DNA of 63,083 nucleotides, counting the filler, from Octopus bimaculoides (Eukaryota), in the NCBI RefSeq assembly GCF_001194135.2. It is 6 parts of 5 records of this genome, joined end to end, with 100 filler letters (N's around TTAATTAATTAA, not from the genome) between each part and the next. Parts side by side here need not be neighbours in the genome. Positions count along the whole stretch, not along the records: positions 14,434 to 37,711 come from NC_068983.1; 5 more parts are not named here. One strand, 5' to 3'. The translations under genes and the position numbers were made by a program. Position 1 is the first letter of the stretch. Each line of letters opens with the position of its first letter. Shown piece after piece: positions 25,240 through 37,811 of this stretch. Under the pieces are notes generated by a model that was not told the origin of the DNA, searched no databases, and worked only from the letters and a program-made list of their open reading frames with translations.

Positions 25240-25436
25240 TCTTTTATTCTTTTACTTGTTTCAGTCAATTTTGACTGCAGCCATGCTGGAGCACTGCTTT
25301 TAGTCGAACAAATCGACCCCAGGAGATAAACTTTGTACTTATTCTATCGGTCTGTTTTGCCGAAATGCTAGGTTACGGGGACGTAAACACACCAGCATCA
25401 GTTGTCAAGCGATGGTGGTGGGACAAGCACAGACTC

Positions 25437-25490
<54 letters not shown>

Positions 25491-25697
25491 ACACACACAC
25501 TCACACACACACACATACATATATATATATAAATATACGACGGGCTTCTTTCAGTTTCCGTCTACCAAATCCACTCACAAGGTTTTGGTCGGCCCGAGGC
25601 TATAGTAGAAGACACTTGCTCAAGGTGCCAGGCAGTGGGACTGAACCTGGAACCATGTGGTTGGTAAACAAGCTACTTACCACCCAGCCGCTCCCTT
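25240..25697 (-). mobile_element. Complete SINE family A with internal (CA)/(TA) microsatellite
   Basis: Head GGGAGCGGCTGGGTGGTAAGTAGCTTG..GGTTCAGTCCCACTGCC, body GAAACTGAAAGAAGCCCGTCG, tail ..GACTGAAACAAGTAAAAGAATAA. Confidence 0.92.
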
Positions 25698-25874
25698 TTG
25701 TTACTCTCTGGCCAACTATTACTATTATAATTAGGTTATTGTTATATTCCTCCGACGATTCAGGTAACTTTCAATTTTGCACACACATACATGCATATCC
25801 ATACACCTGTTACATTGGTCCTGTTTACTGTCAAACGGCAGCAGTATATGGCCAAACAAATTTGATATATTTAT

Positions 25875-25914
<40 letters not shown>

Positions 25915-26049
25915 GATTATGCGCATATGAGGTTGGTCTAGCCTACTATAAGCCGGTAGAAGAAGAAGCGACAACAAAAGTCTAGAAACTTTGAGTAAGG
26001 ATATAGGAAACCTACTGTTTCAAACAAACTATACGAAATTCTCATAAGA

Positions 26050-26255
26050 ATATTGGTTTCAAATATTGACAGAATGCCAGTGAGCTCAGAGGCGTGACTA
26101 AGACGATTACATCAACTTCAGTACTCAACTGGTACCTAGTTTATCGAGCCCGAAAAGATGAACATTGACATCAGTAAAATTTGAACTCGGAACACGAAGA
26201 CGGACGTAATGTCACCAAGCCTTTTGTTCGGTGTGCTAACAATTTTGGCAGTTCG
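26050..26255 (-). mobile_element. SINE family B, degenerate
   Basis: GTACTCAACTGGTAC..CCCGAAAAGATGAA..ATTTGAACTCGGAAC..GTGCTAACAATT..GGCAGTTCGC. Confidence 0.7.
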
Positions 26256-26411
26256 CTGCCTTAAATTCTCATCAGAATATTAATAATAAACTTGATAATT
26301 ATATGAAGAACTACATTGTAAATTCATTAGAACATAATTAAAAGAAGTAAATGAACGACATATATAGAAATAAATATATAAGCATATACTCCGAAACAAG
26401 ATATTAGTGTG

Positions 26412-26691
26412 CAGTAATGCCTCGCCATATCTCGGGTTACCTATCGCGGTTCACCTATCGCGGTTCACCTATCGCGGTTCACCTATCGCGGTTCACCTAT
26501 CGCAGTTTATTATTTAAGCTTATGTCGATTCCTCCGAAGTGTTGTTTTGCATTTATAATAAAATAAATATATACAAATTATTAAAATTATGAAAAAAAGA
26601 CATACAGTACAGTATTGTTTGTACTTCGTGGATTTTCACCTATCGCAGTGGGTTTTGGAACGTAACACACGCGATAGTTGAAAGATTACTG
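26412..26691. mobile_element. pogo/Tigger-like MITE (280 bp) with internal 14-bp tandem repeat
   Basis: CAGTAATGCCTCGCCATATC ... CGCGATAGTTGAAAGATTACTG|TA imperfect TIRs; (ACCTATCGCGGTTC) x about 5 at 26439-26504. Confidence 0.75.
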
Positions 26692-26889
26692 TATTTAAAA
26701 TTATTTCTTTGGAAATTATAGGAGAAAGGAACTTCGATAAATTATTGCTACTAATATCAAACAAAATCCAGAAACCATATGAAATGGTCACACACAAACA
26801 CACGTAGACATTATACATATACGCAAATACATATACACATATATGTACGTATGTATGTATGTATGTATGTATGTATGTTTATTTTCTCT

Positions 26890-27024
26890 TACTCCTTTCT
26901 GTTGAAAAGCGAAGGCTCGAAACGTAAAAGGCTTTTTCATTTTCCCGAGCGTCAAACTAATACACTTGCTTGTTGTTCATACACGTCTTCGTCTTTTGTT
27001 TTTCCATAAATTTCAACTGTATAT
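26890..27024 (+). mobile_element. Penelope-type terminal repeat segment with hammerhead motif
   Basis: CCTTT-CTGTTGA-A-AAGC GAAG GCTC-GAAA-CG-TA-AAAGG at 26894-26931, then TTCCCGAGCGTCAAACTAATAC. Confidence 0.7.
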
Positions 27025-27060
27025 NNNNNNNNNNNNNNNNNNNNNNNNNNNNNNNNNNNN

Positions 27061-27200
27061 AAGACAGGTGGTGTAAAAAACAAACATGTATTAGTATAAC
27101 GCTCGGGAATTGAAAAAGTCTTTACCGTTTCGAGCCTACACTCTTCCACAGAAAGGAACACAGAAAGAAACAAGGAGAGAAACAAGCAGAGAAAAAATGT
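27061..27200 (-). mobile_element. Penelope-type terminal repeat segment with mutated hammerhead motif
   Basis: Minus strand CCTTT-CTGTGGA-A-GAGT GTAG GCTC-GAAA-CG-GT-AAAGA at 27119-27156; inverted relative to 26890-27024. Confidence 0.7.
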
Positions 27201-27552
27201 GTGTAGTTGTTAGCGGTGATAGATCGCTAAGCACTACACACATTTTTTTGTATGGCAATATTGTTGGGAAAGAAAAAGAGTGAAAATTAAATGCAAGGTA
27301 TACATGATTGCGTTTTTAAATGACTGAAATAACAAGTAATTAAAAATGCCACATTTCATGTGAAACAATCTATTACAGAGGCGCATACATATGTATACAT
27401 TTATATACAAATATTGAAATAAACAGATAAAACCTTGGGTCTTAATGCACAAAATATATACACATGTATACATGTATATATATTCACACACACACACACA
27501 CACACGCGCACACACGCACATTCACTCACATGTATATAAACATGTATATACG

Positions 27553-27597
<45 letters not shown>

Positions 27598-27601
<4 letters not shown>

Positions 27602-28026
27602 TGGCACCAAGCTTTAAGTTCGAATTCTACGAGAGAATTTCTCAGCAACTTGTAGTATCTTTGTCGTTTCACTTCCAATCCTTGAAGTTGAATCTTGCTT
27701 GATTTTCTGTTTTCACAGATAAATAAAGAACTTTCCAATTTAATTTTATAAACTGCGGAAATTGCTTAATTAAATTTCAACAAATATTCTATAGGAACCA
27801 ATTAATGCTTTGACAAATAATCATGAAATTCCAATCTGTATCTGAATTTAGCATTTTGAAGAAAGTCGGCGTAAGTGACAGCATTTTTATTGAAATATTT
27901 GCGGAAGTAATTCATGGTGAAAAAGAGATCAAGCAGAATTTAAGCTCCTTCCTGACCGAAATAGTCTATCAGATGCTGCACATAAATCGTGGCAGTGTAT
28001 TCATTCTGCAGACATGGGAAATCCAT
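27598..28026 (-). pseudogene. Unidentified decayed reading frame (143 codons, 3 in-frame TAA)
   Basis: MDFPCLQNEYTATIYVQHLIDYFGQEGA*ILLDLFFTMNYFRKYFNKNAVTYADFLQNAKFRYRLEFHDYLSKH*LVPIEYLLKFN*..; no family recognised. Confidence 0.3.
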
Positions 28027-28821
28027 GATTGATTTTTACTGGAACGTTCCTTTTGAAAGACCTAAACCTTGCAAACATCAGAACAGTGAACTTTTAATTA
28101 AATTCTGACAAATGCTTTGAAACGTGGTTTTTCATAATGCTTAAAAACATTGCTGATAAAATATCAAACTGGCTGGCTTTCGATCACAAAGTGAAAACGA
28201 AAAGGGTAAAAGCTGTTCAGAAGTTAAGACTTTTTACTTGGAACAAATATTTTCACCTTTCACCTACAATTATATTCCATCCCTGGAAAATTGTTTGAAG
28301 AAATGAAACGAATGTTTGCGTTGACTGTAGCAATATTTGGCGGAATTCTGTTGCTTGTAATTTAGGTATCACTTTCAACACAGTTATTGATCAAGAGCTA
28401 AATGGGGAAGGGGGGAATAGAGATAGTGAGTGAGTGAGAGAGATTGAGAGAGAGAAAGAGAGAGAGGGAAAGAGAAGTGACCAGGTTTGATGGCAGTTTT
28501 AATATTTTGTTACAATTTATCGTTTTAAACACGAATTGTAAACATTGCTCTGTTGAACAAACAATATGAATTACTGTCTATGCTTTAAATGCTGTTGGCT
28601 TCAAAATACAACATCGCCATCAACAATAAAATGGGGGATTAAAAAGTATTAAAACATTGTTAACAAATGTGACCAAATTTTAAGTCTGATCTAACATTCA
28701 GCAAGCATATTATCTTCTGGAATATTCGATACAAATATTTCAGAATCCAAGTTACTTCCTCATTGATATCAAGGCATATTCCATTGAGTATTTTTCTCAA
28801 TATTACAGTTAACAAGACAAC

Positions 28822-28915
28822 GAGTTGGCAGAATTGTTAGCACACCGGACTAAATGGTTGGCAGCATTTCGTCCGTCTTTACCTTGTCAGTTCAAAATCC
28901 AGCGGGGTCGACTGG
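28822..28915 (+). mobile_element. SINE family B head
   Basis: GAGTTGGCAGAATTGTTAGCACACCGG..CATTTCGTCCGTCTTTAC..GTTCAAAATCC..GGGGTCGAC. Confidence 0.8.
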
Positions 28916-30282
28916 TGTCGGTGCAATCCACTTTAATCCCTTCTCCAAAATTTGGAATCAACATTTGACATTGACGTTCACTATTTCACATTTTCAGAAA
29001 AAGATGATGACGGCCACAGCACAACACATCAGCAATAAACAGCAAGTACTTCGTTGCCTTTGAGAAACAGTAATTAATATACACACGTACACACTCTCTC
29101 ACACACACGGTCATACACATACACATACTCACACACACATGCACACACACACACATACATATATATATATACATAAATCATGGCAGTAAATTCATTCTGC
29201 AGACATGGGAAATCCGTGATTGAATTTTACTCGATCGTTCACTTTGGCCTTGCACACATTAGAACTGTAAACCACCAAATTAATATGGCCGTTCAATGGT
29301 AGTAGTGTTTTGGTGGAAAATCTGCCTATATATATTTAACATTGCTTGTTTTCACTTTTTCCAGATCAGTGAATAATTTCACTGGAAAAAGATATATGTA
29401 TTTGCATCGGGCAATCTTTCGCATCGAAGGTCGGCGATTGTCGTACGCTGAGGACGGGTAAATACCCAGAAACTCGAGTCCGTACGTATCGCAGATCAAG
29501 ATGGGAAGGATTATTTCCCTTTGCAAATACAGACAGGACACAGATGTGTGTCAATAGCCAGCTGGAGGAGATGTTCTCCTGGGGCTAAAAGCNNNNNNNN
29601 NNNNNNNNNNNNNNNNNNNNNNNNNNNNNNNNNNNNNNNNNNNNNNNNNNNNNNNNNNNNNNNNNNNNNNNNNNNNNNNNNNNNNNNNNNNNNNNNNNNN
29701 NNNNNNNNNNNNNNNNNNNNNNNNNNNNNNNNNNNNNNNNNNNNNNNNNNNNNNNNNNNNNNNNNNNNNNNNNNNNNNNNNNNNNNNNNNNNNNNNNNNN
29801 NNNNNNNNNNNNNNNNNNNNNNNNNNNNNNNNNNNNNNNNNNNNNNNNNNNNNNNNNNNNNNNNNNNNNNNNNNNNNNNNNNNNNNNNNNNNNNNNNNNN
29901 NNNNNNNNNNNNNNNNNNNNNNNNNNNNNNNNNNNNNNNNNNNNNNNNNNNNNNNNNNNNNNNNNNNNNNNNNNNNNNNNNNNNNNNNNNNNNNNNNNNN
30001 NNNNNNNNNNNNNNNNNNNNNNNNNNNNNNNNNNNNNNNNNNNNNNNNNNNNNNNNNNNNNNNNNNNNNNNNNNNNNNNNNNNNNNNNNNNNNNNNNNNN
30101 NNNNNNNNNNNNNNNNNNNNNNNNNNNNNNNNNNNNNNNNNNNNNNNNNNNNNNNNNNNNNNNNNNNNNNNNNNNNNNNNNNNNNNNNNNNNNNNNNNNN
30201 NNNNNNNNNNNNNNNNNNNNNNNNNNNNNNNNNNNNNNNNNNNNNNNNNNNNNNNNNNNNNNNNNNNNNNNNNNNNNNNNNN

Positions 30283-30326
<44 letters not shown>

Positions 30327-30350
30327 AATGTATGTATGTATGTATGTATA

Positions 30351-31600
30351 CGAAGACATGACAGAGGTAAATAGACACACTGTAAAATATAGTTTTATGT
30401 CTATTTTAACTTGGAAAGGTTTATATTTTTTCTATTAATTGACGTTTTTATATTTCAGTTTCAATATGTGACTGTTTAATCATGCCGCATACAAAAGAAG
30501 TCTAGGAACTGCCAGAATTTTATAGAGGTGGTATTGTGGGTCAATCTGAAGGTGTACCTCGTTAGTACAAAGTCGCTGAAAACCTTGTGATCCCACTTTC
30601 TACTGTTAATAGAGTGACTGTGGAAATCACCGGAGAGGGAAAGGAGTTCGCATCACATCGCCCCAGGTCAACCAGGCACCTCTGACAGGATCTTTTACTT
30701 TGTTAAGAGAAGTGTGGAGGATAATCCTCGTTGCAAGGTCTTTCAAATAGTAGAACAAGTTGAAGTCAGTCTCAGAACAGCTGTCAGGTATCTCTACAAA
30801 CTTGGCCATTATGGCAGAGTAGCAAGAAGGAAGCCGCTTCTCTGACCAGCTAATTTCAGGTGGAGAAAAAATTGGGTCAGTGAGATGGTGGAAAGGCTTC
30901 TAGCATTTTAGGACACTGTCATATTCTCTGATGAGTCTAGATATGCTATATTTTCTGACAGGGGTTGGGTGTAGGTTTGAAGACTCCGAGATCAAGAATT
31001 TGACATAAAGAAGATTGCAGCCAACAGTGAAACACCGCAGCTATTCTGTGATGGTCTGGGGAGCAATTTGGAGCAATGGCCGATCAGAGTTGGCAGAGTG
31101 TGAGAAAAACATAAACTCGGATAAATATATGTCCATATTGCAAAAAGGACTCCTTCCAGTCTTCTTCAGTGGTGAAATGATTAAAGAAGAACCTTTATTT
31201 ATGGAAGATGGGGCTTCATGTTACACGGCCAAAAAGAGCCAAGATTGATTGGTAAAGAATAGCATTAAAAAAACTTTCATGTGCAAGACATTCACCAGAT
31301 ATGAACCCTATTGAACACCTCTGGACAGGTCTTGAAAAAAGATCAAGCAAGCATCCTCAAAGCCAGATCATTTGAAATAACTGCATGAACCTTGGCAAGA
31401 AATTCCTCAAGAGAATCTTCGTCATCTGATCAGTAACATGCCTAACAAAGTCTTTGCATTGAAAAATGCAAAAGGCATGTCTACTAAATATTAGATATTC
31501 ACATTATAATAATTAATGAATAGTGTGAATGTAATTTCAGATTTAAATAAATCTTAACGATTATAAGGGTGTTTATTTACTGTTGCCATGTGAGTGCGTG
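30351..31600 (+). mobile_element. Near full-length Tc1-like transposon, decayed
   Basis: Degenerate TIRs (ACATGACAGAGGTAAATAGACAC versus reverse complement ACATGGCAACAGTAAATAAACAC, 18/23 identical) inside TA/TG microsatellites. Confidence 0.8.
30482..31494 (+). pseudogene. Tc1-like DDE transposase pseudogene
   Basis: ATG CCG CAT..; HTH region, HYGRVARRKPLL, VIFSDESR, SVMVWGAI, FMEDGASCYTA, SPDMNPIEHLW, ending STKY*; many stops and frameshifts. Confidence 0.92.
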
Positions 31601-31699
31601 TGTGTATACATATACATATACATACATACATACATACATACACACATACATACATTAATACACCCCCCCCCCATATATATATACATATATATACATAGA

Positions 31700-32365
31700 T
31701 ACACTGTGTGCGATGGGTAAATTGTCGCCATATTATATTTTTAATTTCGCGCAGGTGTATTGTTTGTTTTTGAGTTTGCCGACTACAGACTATAGCGCAG
31801 TTGGGCACCGTCTGTGTGAAACACAACACCATGAGGCAATTCACTCTGCCAGAAATTTGATAATGACATGCTATATTGCTTGGCATTCGCCCCAGAAGCT
31901 CCAATACTAATATTTCAGAGTGTTTGGGTGTCAATCTGAGGACAGCGCAATCTGAAGACATCTACCAAAAGTTATTAAAATCAAACATCCAGTCTACATC
32001 ATGGTATTTCGAGGGATCACTAGTGAAGTCGTAGTTATGCCGCCATTCATCCCCCCACACGACCTCATACGCAACACGGAGGCTTATATCAAGTGCCTAG
32101 AGGGGGTTGTGCTGTCGTGGGTGAAGAGGGTGTCTGCTGGAAAACTCCATGTCTTGCAACAGGACTCTGCACCATTCCACAAAAGCAGAACTCAGTCATG
32201 GCTGTCAAGCAATATCTGCGAGAATATCACCTTTGGCATCTGGCCACCTAACTTCCCAGACTGCCACCCCTTAGATTACTTTGTGTGGAGCGCAGTTGAG
32301 CGAGCGACAAACAAAACTCCCTGTAACACCAAGAATGACCTGAAGGCAAGGATTATGGCAGCGTC
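31700..32365 (+). mobile_element. Internally deleted, 3'-truncated maT/DD37D-like transposon
   Basis: TA|CACTGTGTGCG end; N-terminus MRQFTLPEI..NISECLGVNLRT joins KHPVYIMVF..QQDSAPFH..WPPNFPDCHPLDYFVW; 36 residues between QD and LD in this copy, consistent with DD37D minus one codon. Confidence 0.85.
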
Positions 32366-33413
32366 GATCGACAATAACAATGTTCCACTTTTCAAATAGA
32401 CGAAAGAAAATAATTGAAATGTTTTGAGCAATGAGGAAGCCCATTTGGTGCGCCAGGCTAACAATATTGTTTAGGTTAATAAAGAACTCCAAGTATTTTT
32501 GTGGCAAGATCCGAGGTTATAGTTCATCACCATTCTATAACGTAAGTTCTTGGTTGCGTTTCACTTATACTAGTTTCTACATAGAGTGATATACAAGAAA
32601 AGGTATAAATAATGATCGTGAAAGGAAAAATATGAAATGACCATATTGATAATTTTCTTCTATTTGAAAAAGCGGCTCTTTCCCGAAATATTATAGGAAC
32701 ATTAAACCACCTATGTAAGTAATACAATATGTTTTCTCTTTGTTTTCATTTATTTTGCCTAACGCTTTACTTGCATTGTTCAAAGTTTTGTTTTCTAAGC
32801 GTTTCTATGATTTACACACTTTGCAACGCTTCAAGTAAATTACAATATTTTTATATAGATAAGTGTATTTTTGATCTCATCATCTGGTTGTATATCTTCC
32901 TGCATAACGACAATATGAACAATATTGCTACAATAATTTCTGTACATGTCATACAACAAATAGTCAGAGCTGCTTCACTGCTAAGACTTCAGTTTTTAAT
33001 AAGCCAACAAATTTAGAAAGAAACGCAAGTTTGTCAGAAATGACTTTTTTTTTTTTAATTAACGAAGTCCTGTATTCGTAGCATAACATCTATAATGTCA
33101 ATTTACGCCTTGTTATAATTTCATTCATGTTATTGGCGTTCATCTTAGACTTCTATTCTCATTAGTTTCCATGTTCAAATCTTCAGCTTTTATTTTGTCA
33201 TTTTTATCTCTAGCATTCTCTTTTCAATCTCACTTTCTTTAGTGTATTTCTCTACACTTCTCATATTTCATTAATATCGTTGTTTTATTTTAATTCTGTA
33301 CTTAACTCTAAAGTTTTTATCGATTCCTTCCGTTATATCACATGTTCAGATTTCTATAGAAATATTACTTGCGCTTACAGAAGGAGACGTCCTGGCAAAT
33401 TTATCGAGAATTA

Positions 33414-33469
<56 letters not shown>

Positions 33470-34101
33470 TGGCGGAAGATAAGTGTAAGTCAAGGAAGAC
33501 GATGGGAATGGAAGAAATTCTTCGGCTGCAAGTTCTAATCTAGCCCTGGAGTAGTCTCTATATACAAAAATATTATTAAATAATTCAGATGAACGTGGGG
33601 GTTAAACTGATGGCGTCTATGCAAATCGGTGTACCTGCCTGTGCGCGAGATCCTTGGACAGTTTACTTGACACCACAGCAATTAATTAGAAATTAGTTAT
33701 CAATAAAGGACAGTAGAAGGAACGGCATCGATTGTTCAGTTTAATTGAAATATCATTCTTGAACCTTCTTTAACAAGTTTAAGACAAACTAAATTTATGA
33801 AATCCAATGAAACTGTTATAAATGTAACAAAAGAGTAACTGCTATAAAACAGACTTTCAATAAGAGTATCAGGAGTAATAATTATAAGAACTATTCTTTA
33901 ATAAAAGGACCGTGAGTAACTTGTTTTAACTTCCAGATCAGGTTACCCCACAAAATCTAATCTAATTTCACTGGTTAAATGTCTGCGAATAATCAACAGC
34001 CACCGCTTTATTGTCTTCCAATTCCGTCTCCGCTCAAACAGAGACTATTTATAGTCATAAACACATTCTAGAATTTAATTAGTTTATATAAGCGTTCTGT
34101 G

Positions 34102-34104
<3 letters not shown>

Positions 34105-34184
<80 letters not shown>

Positions 34185-34240
34185 CAACAACAACAATAAC
34201 GATGATGATGATGATGATGATGATGATCATCATCATCATA
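34105..34240. repeat. Compound triplet microsatellite (AAT)n-(AAC)n-(GAT)n-(CAT)n
   Basis: Read directly. Confidence 0.95.
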
Positions 34241-34726
34241 AAGAATAAAAAAAAAACTAGAATGAGAAACGCAAACAAACTACGAATTAAGTGAAGTGAA
34301 AATATTCAGAGATGAAATCTTCTGATAGGAAGCACCAGGAAAATGTATAAAGGTTATCAAGATAACGAAAAAGTTTCCGTTGATAAAATATCAATAATTG
34401 CTTCGATATTCCCTTTGATAATTTTATAAAAATCTACCCGAATGATTATGTTTGTAGTTGAGTTTTGAATTGAGAAAGAATGGGAGACTGTCTGTTAGAT
34501 CTACCATTTTATTGCATTTTAGATAAATAGAAGATAGGTTTTCTTGGCAATAACAATTTAAAGACAAGATTGTGTAATAGGACTAGGTGATTATAAGAGA
34601 ATGATATCTGTGGAATTGGAGGTTATAACTGAACAGTGTAGTAAAATTGGCATTCTAGAATATAAGGGCAGAATAACACTAAATGGGTGGGATATAACAG
34701 AACAGGAATAATCGAAGTGTATCGTT

Positions 34727-35085
34727 ATGAGAAAACTGCTATACCGGAAGAGTGGGTTGTGATGTAGAAGTGTAGTTTGTGACACTGCAGTAACACTGAA
34801 TATGTAGCTTTTCAAGGAATTGTGACATACAAAACATAAGATATGAGAAAACTGCTATACCGGAAGAGTGGGTTATGATGTAGAAGTGTAGTTTATGACA
34901 CTGCAGTAACACTGAATATGTAGCTTTTCAAGGAATTGTGACATACAAAACATAAGATATGACAGAACTGCTATACCGGAAGAGTGGGTTATGATGTAGA
35001 AGTGTAGTTTATGACACTGCAGTAACACTGAATCTGTAGCTTTTCAAGGAATTGTGACATAGAAAACATAAGTTATGACAGAACA
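34727..35085. repeat. 116-bp tandem repeat, about 3.1 copies
   Basis: Units start at 34727, 34843, 34959 and 35075 (ATGA(G/C)A(A/G)AACTGCTATACCGGAAGAGTGGG..); few substitutions. Confidence 0.95.
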
Positions 35086-35092
35086 TTAACAA

Positions 35093-35292
35093 TGGTTTCA
35101 AAATTTGGCACGAGGCCAGCAATTTTAAAGGGAAATGACAAGTCTATTACATTGATCCCAGTGCTCAACTGGGGCTTATTTTATGGAACCCGGGGGAATA
35201 ATTTGCAAAATTGACCTCGGCGGAATTCGAAATTGGAACGTAAAGGCAGAGGAAATTCCGGTAAGCATTTTGCCCTGTTTATTAACAATTTT
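35093..35292 (-). mobile_element. SINE family B
   Basis: GGTTTCAAAATTTGGCACGAGGCCAGCAATT..GTGCTCAACTGG..GACCTCGGCGGAATTCGAA.. Confidence 0.8.
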
Positions 35293-35909
35293 ACCACCTC
35301 GCCGTCTTATGATAGAAAGGTTGTAACAATAAAAGCTTTAACAATGAGACTCTAGTTGATGGCAGAGCTGAAATCTTGAGAGTAGGTTATGACGGAACTA
35401 TGACGTAATAGAAAGAGGCTGGGACTGTGATACCTATAATTCTTTTTTATTTTGTTTATCTTGAGTTTTGAAGATACTGTTGGCTCAAGATGCATTACCC
35501 CGCTTTATTGATGTTGAGTGCTGCCTACTAGTAATTCGCATATTGATTTTTAGACAATGCGATCTATTCATTATAGAAAGTTTGCATAGCCCAGAGCATT
35601 TACCTTCGCTACCATTTATGCAAGATATTGAGGTTGAAATAACATAAACATTTTAACTCTAATTTTTAAATAAATAATTTTTTTTTTAAAAAGCATTAAT
35701 TTGTCGCCAAACCATATTGGTGTCTCTGCTTTACTTTTATTTCCTCGAAGGTGATCAGCACGTTGCTAAAAAGCGTGAGTGGAAAATTCAGGAGAAAAGC
35801 AATTCTGCACAGAACTATTCAGTACATCTTTCTGTGTAGACACACATACATAAATACTGTCAGTCCTACGTATGTACATTACATTTTTTATGTACATACA
35901 TATTTATCT

Positions 35910-35944
<35 letters not shown>

Positions 35945-37526
35945 GCTATCTCTCTTCGTATTTAAAAACGTGCGTGCGTCTGAGTGTACACATGTACGAG
36001 TTGGTTGAAGTGTTTCTTGTGTTTAAACAATGAATTTTTAGTCAGACTTCAACCAACAGAAATTGCGTCTTGAATATATCTCAGCTGTTTACGTCTTTAC
36101 TTCAACGCTCAACTGAACCCTAAATGACAACAAACATACTTTCATCTTTTTTACTTGTCCTTCTCAATCCATCTTCCCTGCACACTCACTCCTCCTGTCT
36201 GTCTTTAATATCACATCATTGATATGACTTTTCAACAAAAAGAACGCTCTGGCAAAACTTAATAAAGCCAGAAAGACCAAAGTAAACGACAGCCTAGTGA
36301 CAGCTAGAAAACCGAAATTTTGAAGTCGCGGTTGACCCTTTCCATGCAAAAATTAATAAGTACGCAGTCTACTAAAATGTGTCGCGCGATTGTTTTTATA
36401 ATTTCAGATAAATACAAGAATACATGTATATTCATATACGTGTATATAGATACTTATAAACATACGCTCACGCGTGCGCACAAACGTACAGACAGATAGT
36501 TATATAATCAACAGATGAGATCCAGAGATGCACGGTATAGAAAACACTTGGTAACGCTCAAATGATTCGAACTCAGACTTCGATGACTTTACGAGGGAAA
36601 AATTCCGCACGCTAAAGAGTGGCTATAAGAGAAATCCAGGTCAGTAGACATAGAAGCAATTAAATATAGCAAATTAAATATAAGGGCTTCAGTTCGATAT
36701 ACAGGTAAGTGATGATATACCGGGCAACAGAAACACTAGATCAATTTTCTTCTGAGGACTTCTGTTTGGAAGTAATTTTTGCGATAGAAACTGACAAGTC
36801 GTATCTCTAATCTTCCACTCATGGTAGCAGAGTCTTTACTACAGCTTAGACTGAAATTAGTGAGGATTTCATTGAATTAATGCTAATAGTTTACAATCGA
36901 AACCTCTTCTCACGCTCAAAACGAAGACACAGAATGAAAACAAACCTATCCAAACATCTATATAAATTATCGGTACAATTTTACATAGTTCCTTGTAACT
37001 TTCTTTGGCATTTTTCACAAGAAAAGTTTCTTACACATCCTGCCCCCCAAATAATATAGTGATTGATAATGTTAATTAAGAAATCTGTGCAAGAGATCAA
37101 TCGATTTTTCTTTTGTCAAACTGAGAATTTTGGTATTTCAATGCAAATGAGTTTCAAATTTAGATCTTCATGGTTTAAGAAATTAATCCTTTTGGACTCA
37201 TTTAATATTATTAAACAAGTCGTGACAATTAGTAATCGACTTAAATAATAGATTTTGAATGTTTAATTGAAAGGCATTGTTAATGTGCAAAATAGTTAAT
37301 TCTACAACAAATTAAAACTTTATTTCTTAATTAACAAATTAGCACTATTTGTTAACGAATTAAAACTCTGATGGGTTTACTGTAAGAATAATAATGTTGG
37401 GTTACCTAAAAAGAACCTAGGTAAATAAATCTATTAACCAAACTTTAATTGCAGGTAGTTTATGCCAACGTTAAGAATCAAATTCTACTACTTCTATGGT
37501 GAAGAACTATGGGTACCATTAATGTA

Positions 37527-37711
37527 ACAGGAGTGGCTGTATGGTAAGTAGCTTGCTTACCAACCACATGGTTCCGGGTTCATTCCCACTGCGTGGCATC
37601 TTGGGCAAATGTCTTCTACTATAGCCTCGGGCAGACCAACGCCTTGTGAGTGGATTTGGTAGACGGAAACTGAAAGAAGCCTGTCGTATATATGTATATA
37701 TATATATATAT
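37527..37711 (+). mobile_element. SINE family A head and body, young-looking
   Basis: CAGGAGTGGCTGTATGGTAAGTAGCTTGCTTACCAACCACATGGTTCCGGGTTCATTCCC..GACGGAAACTGAAAGAAGCCTGTCG then TA run into a spacer gap. Confidence 0.92.
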
Positions 37712-37811
37712 NNNNNNNNNNNNNNNNNNNNNNNNNNNNNNNNNNNNNNNNNNNNTTAATTAATTAANNNNNNNNNNNNNNNNNNNNNNNNNNNNNNNNN
37801 NNNNNNNNNNN

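Noticed and set aside
29340-29592. Strong-looking acceptor TTTTTCCAG followed by CpG-rich sequence
   Set aside because: The pyrimidine tract is one arm of a local inverted repeat (CTTTTTCCAG / CTGGAAAAAG) and downstream frames are short or stop-interrupted.
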